This document shows, piece by piece, positions 60,067 to 64,000 of a stretch of DNA of 64,000 nucleotides. Under the pieces are notes generated by a model. That model was given only the letters and a program-made list of their open reading frames with translations, did not search any database and was not told where the DNA came from. The DNA comes from an uncultured Acidobacteriota bacterium. GTDB lineage: Bacteria; Acidobacteriota; UBA6911. The translations under genes were made by a program, and so were the position numbers. Location: assembly GCA_963809485.1 (NCBI GenBank), contig CAWEJX010000008.1:512001-576000 (forward strand), in the 5' to 3' direction. How positions within the stretch are numbered: position 1 is the first letter of the stretch; each line of letters begins with the position of its first letter.

Positions 60067-61217
60067 TATGCATAGGTATGGGATGCCGATATGGTTTGAT
60101 AAAAACCTAGGATAGCCCTACCTATTTGTTCAGGCGAACAATAATTCAGTACATAATTCCTGCCAGCAGTTCCCATTTTTTCTGCAAGAAGCGGGTGCTC
60201 GAGTAATCCACAGATTGCATCAGCTAATTCATCTGGATTATCTGGCCGAACCAACATTCCGGTCTTTTTATTCTGGATAAGGTCAAGAATACCATCCACC
60301 GATGAGGCAACCACTGGCCTGCCAGCCACCATAGCTTCAATCACGGCACGAGGCATCATCTCAGCACGGGTAGGGAATGCAAAAATATCGCAATTAACCA
60401 ACCATTTTTTTACATCGCAAAACGGAATTTCCCCAACCAAACGAAATCGATCACCGATATCATACCTGCGAATAAGTTCGCGAACTTTATCCGCATAGGC
60501 TTGATGAGCGGGATCTATCCTGCCCACCCAGTCAAAATAAGCATCAGGATATTTTTTTATAATCAGCGCAGCAGCATGTACCAATAAATCAACTCCTTTG
60601 CGTTCACTAACATGTGCAATAGTTAGAATATACGCTTTCCTCTTTGCATGATCTGCCAATTTGATATTCTTGGGTCTGACCTGAGAAACATTGTCCATTT
60701 CATCATATGGATTTGGGATTACAGTCAATTTTTTAGCAGGTACACCAAGACGAATAAGTTGATCCTTATGAGTAGTGGCTAACGCGATAAAACCATCAGC
60801 GAAAAGACGGATAAATTTGGCCGAAAGCCATGATGTTAGTGGATTTTGCCATGTTTGAGGGTTTCGCGACATCGCTATGATGGCAGGCTTTTTTTTGCCT
60901 AAAGCGGCTAATTGGACAGCGATAAAGGAAAATAGCAAATCTCGTAAGGCATTAACATGAACAATATCTGGATGGCCAGCCAATATTAGTTTTATAAGAT
61001 CCCGAATTATTTGAGTACCATTCGTAATAAAATTGGCTTTCTCACGTTGAAAATCCCTCGGTATGATCTTCAGTTGATCGCCCAGCACTTCAGAGGTCAG
61101 ATGATGGGTCTGGTCTATAATGCCATACGCCGTTATATAAATATCCTGTGTAGCCACGGCCTTGACCATCTTCGAATGTAACCTAACAACAAGGATTTTT
61201 TCTATAGAAGGAGTCAT
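60066..61217 (-). CDS. Glycosyltransferase family 4
   Basis: ERKG, DIFAFPT.AE.MP..VIEAM.AGRPVVAS. Confidence 0.9.
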   Translation of the reverse strand: MTPSIEKILVVRLHSKMVKAVATQDIYITAYGIIDQTHHLTSEVLGDQLKIIPRDFQREKANFITNGTQIIRDLIKLILAGHPDIVHVNALRDLLFSFIAVQLAALGKKKPAIIAMSRNPQTWQNPLTSWLSAKFIRLFADGFIALATTHKDQLIRLGVPAKKLTVIPNPYDEMDNVSQVRPKNIKLADHAKRKAYILTIAHVSERKGVDLLVHAAALIIKKYPDAYFDWVGRIDPAHQAYADKVRELIRRYDIGDRFRLVGEIPFCDVKKWLVNCDIFAFPTRAEMMPRAVIEAMVAGRPVVASSVDGILDLIQNKKTGMLVRPDNPDELADAICGLLEHPLLAEKMGTAGRNYVLNYCSPEQIGRAILGFYQTISASHTYA

Positions 61218-61256
61218 CTATCAGCGCCGTTAAAAATGCATTTCCCCATTTAAATC

Positions 61257-62402
61257 CTATCGGATAACAGCCAGCTTATTTTCAAGAGCTTTGACATACA
61301 ATTCGCCATACTGCCTGGCCATTTCGCGCACATGAAAGCGCTTTTTTACTATTTCCCGGCTTTTTTCACCCATTTGCGAAACCTTTTCAGGAGACTGGAG
61401 TAACCAAAGCATGGCAGATACGAGCTGCGGACAGTTTCCTGGCGGAAAAAGAACTCCATTCTCACCAGGCAAAACAAGTTCGCGAATACCTCCAACAGAT
61501 GTTGCGATAATCGGCTTGCCCACTGCCATCGCTTCCAAAATGCTAATTGGCAACCCCTCCCAATCTGATGGCAATATAAAACAATCCCCCGCGTTTAAAA
61601 TGGCTACTACATCATTCCTGACACCGGTGAAAATTACGTTATTGGAAATCCCCAAATCCCGTACAAAGTGAATTGTTTCCAGTTGCAACTGTCCATCTCC
61701 AACCAAAATCAGCACACAATTGGGGTAATATTTCAAAACATCTTTAAATCCATCCACAAGCATTCGTTGATTCTTTTTAGGGCTAAAGCTTGCTACATTT
61801 ACAAACACGAATGATTTTTCATGAATGCCCAATAGCTCCCGCATCTTTCTCCGCTGGATTATGGACGGAACAAATTTTTCTGCATCAATTCCGTTATAGA
61901 TAACCGGTGTATCTATCTGCCCATAAATTTCGTATACGGTTTTCTGAATCTCCGCGGAAATAGAAACCGGAATAACCCCCATTCTGTTAAATGCAAGCAT
62001 TTGAATAAATCTGTGCAAACCCCGAGACTCCTTATCCGCAATATTATGAATTGTATGGATCCTAACAGGTGTCTTGCACATCACCAATGATGGCAACAAT
62101 ACATATAGCGCATGCAGGTGATTATGAACAACGTGCGGCCGGAATTTGGAGAAAACCCGATATATCTCGCCAAAAATCCCAAAATCAAGGCCTACATGTT
62201 TTGTTAAATAATGAACATTACGCTCCAAATTATCTACATACATCTCAAATATCTTGCCGCCAGACGGTGATAGGCTGACAAGCTCCGCATCAAACTGCTG
62301 ATGGTCCAAATGTTCCAGCAAATCTATTGCCACCCGTTGTCCCCCTCCGGTGACGAGGCTGGGAATAACTTGTAGCACCTTCACCCGATCTGATTTAATC
62401 AT
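61257..62402 (-). CDS. Glycosyltransferase family 4
   Basis: GGGQR, IYNGID, KNQ, PSDWEGLPISILEAMAVG. Confidence 0.93.
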   Translation of the reverse strand: MIKSDRVKVLQVIPSLVTGGGQRVAIDLLEHLDHQQFDAELVSLSPSGGKIFEMYVDNLERNVHYLTKHVGLDFGIFGEIYRVFSKFRPHVVHNHLHALYVLLPSLVMCKTPVRIHTIHNIADKESRGLHRFIQMLAFNRMGVIPVSISAEIQKTVYEIYGQIDTPVIYNGIDAEKFVPSIIQRRKMRELLGIHEKSFVFVNVASFSPKKNQRMLVDGFKDVLKYYPNCVLILVGDGQLQLETIHFVRDLGISNNVIFTGVRNDVVAILNAGDCFILPSDWEGLPISILEAMAVGKPIIATSVGGIRELVLPGENGVLFPPGNCPQLVSAMLWLLQSPEKVSQMGEKSREIVKKRFHVREMARQYGELYVKALENKLAVIR

Positions 62403-62403
62403 G

Positions 62404-62829
62404 ACATCTTAAGTAATTGTGCATAATCGTCTCAGAGCCTGACTGCCTTTGAATCAGGATTCGAAGGTATACCCACCACGATGATTACATCCTTGATCGC
62501 GGGAATTACCTTTTGGAGGTGGTGAGACAGCGTCTCAGTCGCCCAAGCTGTTTTTCCTCAGTTAGACCAGTTAGTCTCTCGCGTTCGAATCATCGCACCC
62601 AGCAAGCAACCGTTCGCGGTGCATCGCCAAGTAATTCCGATACCCAGCGGCAGCTCATCCCCTGAGCTACCCAAAGAACGCCGTGCAGGCGGTGATCATA
62701 TCGGGATTCCTCGGACCGCCGGATCTCATCCTGCAGCCCCAAAACTGCGCTTCCTGCATCCTCCATTGTTGGTGGCTTCATGCCAGCAGAACATCATGAA
62801 GCGCCTCTATGCGCAATTAATTATGACGT
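62404..62829 (-). mobile_element. Internally deleted IS630-family element, inverted relative to 58970-60066
   Basis: Same terminal IRs; MKPPTMEDA..LQDEIRRSEESRYDHRLHGVL is homologous to the 59018 frame. Confidence 0.85.
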
Positions 62830-62870
62830 TAGCCAAGAACAAATAGGAGCCGGCAGAATATCCTGTTCTG

Positions 62871-63803
62871 TCACAGTGGCTGCCCGATTTTGTCCAAACA
62901 ATCTGGCACCCGCTGTTTGTGGAGAGGGAGCTTGCCCTCCAGATAGAAACGAAGTATGCCTTCCGCTTTGGCAAAACGATAGTTGGAATGATATTTTCGA
63001 TGCATTTCTTCTAGAATGCGGTGGGAAAATTTGTTTGCCAATGGCCGAAGATTAGAATGGAACACAACCCGCTGCCGGACGGGTTTTGCCGTGTAGCCCA
63101 TGCGAAACTTGAAATCATCCACACTTGGAGGCGCATCGAGCGACTGGATACCCAAAAAAACAATCGAAATTTCCGGATTTTTGAATGCTTCACGGGTTAT
63201 GGAATAAAATAGCGCGTTATTTGCACGAGATTCTAGATGGGCGGAAGAACTCTGCGCATAGGGTATAATATACGAATCATCGCACCTGAAACCCAGAACT
63301 GAGGCTATCAATTCGCCATGGCGAGTAGCTCCATAACACTCAAATCCTGGCAGATCCAGAGCGCTCATACATAAACGATCCCACCATTTCTGGGTTTCGG
63401 CGCCGGACCTGCCCTGGCGTGCCAAGGTATCCTGCCGAAGAGGCCAGCCTTCCTTGGCAAGTCTGGAAACTGGAATTTGTTCAATTTTGGCATAGGCAAG
63501 ACCTCTATTGATGTTTTGGCGGGCCTGGCGCGGAAGCGATGAGAGATCAAAACCGGGATCTTCACAGACCACGTGATAGCTCGCCATCCCTTCCGGAGCA
63601 TCCAGCATCACCGAGTATCTGAGGGCAATAGCACGGCTTCTCCGCAGCAGCTGTTCCAGTTCTTCCTCAGAAGGCTGGATCAGCCAGTGAAAGGGGAAGG
63701 CCTGGAAAACCCTCAGACCGGCATCGTACCAGTAGCTGCTTGCAGTATGAACCACCGCGTAGCCCTGCCGCCGGAACCATTCCGCCATAACCTCAGCATT
63801 CAT
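62871..63803 (-). CDS. GNAT/FemAB-like protein of the polysaccharide locus
   Basis: RQNINRG, ANNALFY, DDFKFRMGY. Confidence 0.75.
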   Translation of the reverse strand: MNAEVMAEWFRRQGYAVVHTASSYWYDAGLRVFQAFPFHWLIQPSEEELEQLLRRSRAIALRYSVMLDAPEGMASYHVVCEDPGFDLSSLPRQARQNINRGLAYAKIEQIPVSRLAKEGWPLRQDTLARQGRSGAETQKWWDRLCMSALDLPGFECYGATRHGELIASVLGFRCDDSYIIPYAQSSSAHLESRANNALFYSITREAFKNPEISIVFLGIQSLDAPPSVDDFKFRMGYTAKPVRQRVVFHSNLRPLANKFSHRILEEMHRKYHSNYRFAKAEGILRFYLEGKLPLHKQRVPDCLDKIGQPL

Positions 63804-64000
63804 GAAAGCCTATTGTTCCAGAAAAGGGGTGAATACTCTCAGGATTTGGCTGGCTTCGTCGCCGCAGCTTTACCTACAAATCCAACTCGGACGCGTTTTC
63901 CAGTAATGAATCCGCACCTGTAGCGTGTGGCTTTGAAAAATGCCGCCCATAGGGGGGCCACCAAGTTTGTGCCAATTTGAGATATTGTCATGATAAATTC

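Noticed and set aside
36698-63925. Loose TGGSTTYG motifs near 36698, 44090, 52092 and 63850
   Set aside because: Too short and degenerate to call a repeat family by eye.

Overview
Bacterial, moderately GC-rich window. The gene families and protein architectures suggest an anaerobic Acidobacteriota-like genome (inference). 1-33 kb is an accessory patchwork: amidohydrolase, Fe-S aldo/keto reductase, LUD protein, MarC, a Tat-exported flavoprotein, tRNA-Arg(CCG), a 9-heme cytochrome fused to Ig-like domains, an orphan molybdoenzyme large subunit, a secreted protein with 10 IPT repeats, about six intact or decayed toxin-antitoxin loci, an IS66 remnant and many internally deleted gene fragments. 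The intergenic DNA there is dense with palindromic elements built from 7-, 9- and 10-nt periodic units. One family also forms the core of a ~190-240 bp non-autonomous element with IS200/IS605-like hairpin ends (3 copies), and these elements often sit at gene breakpoints or bracket TA modules. 33-64 kb holds a FN3/LamG surface protein and a large surface-polysaccharide locus: GT2s plus ABC exporter on +, and GT4s, Wzx, Wzy-like protein, LgaA-type dehydratase and GNAT on -. That locus includes a PL1 lyase, an uncharacterised nucleotidyltransferase-kinase fusion plus second kinase next to the flippase, and a two-GT cassette sandwiched exactly between two inverted IS630 relics. All family assignments come from motif recognition by eye; no database searches were run.
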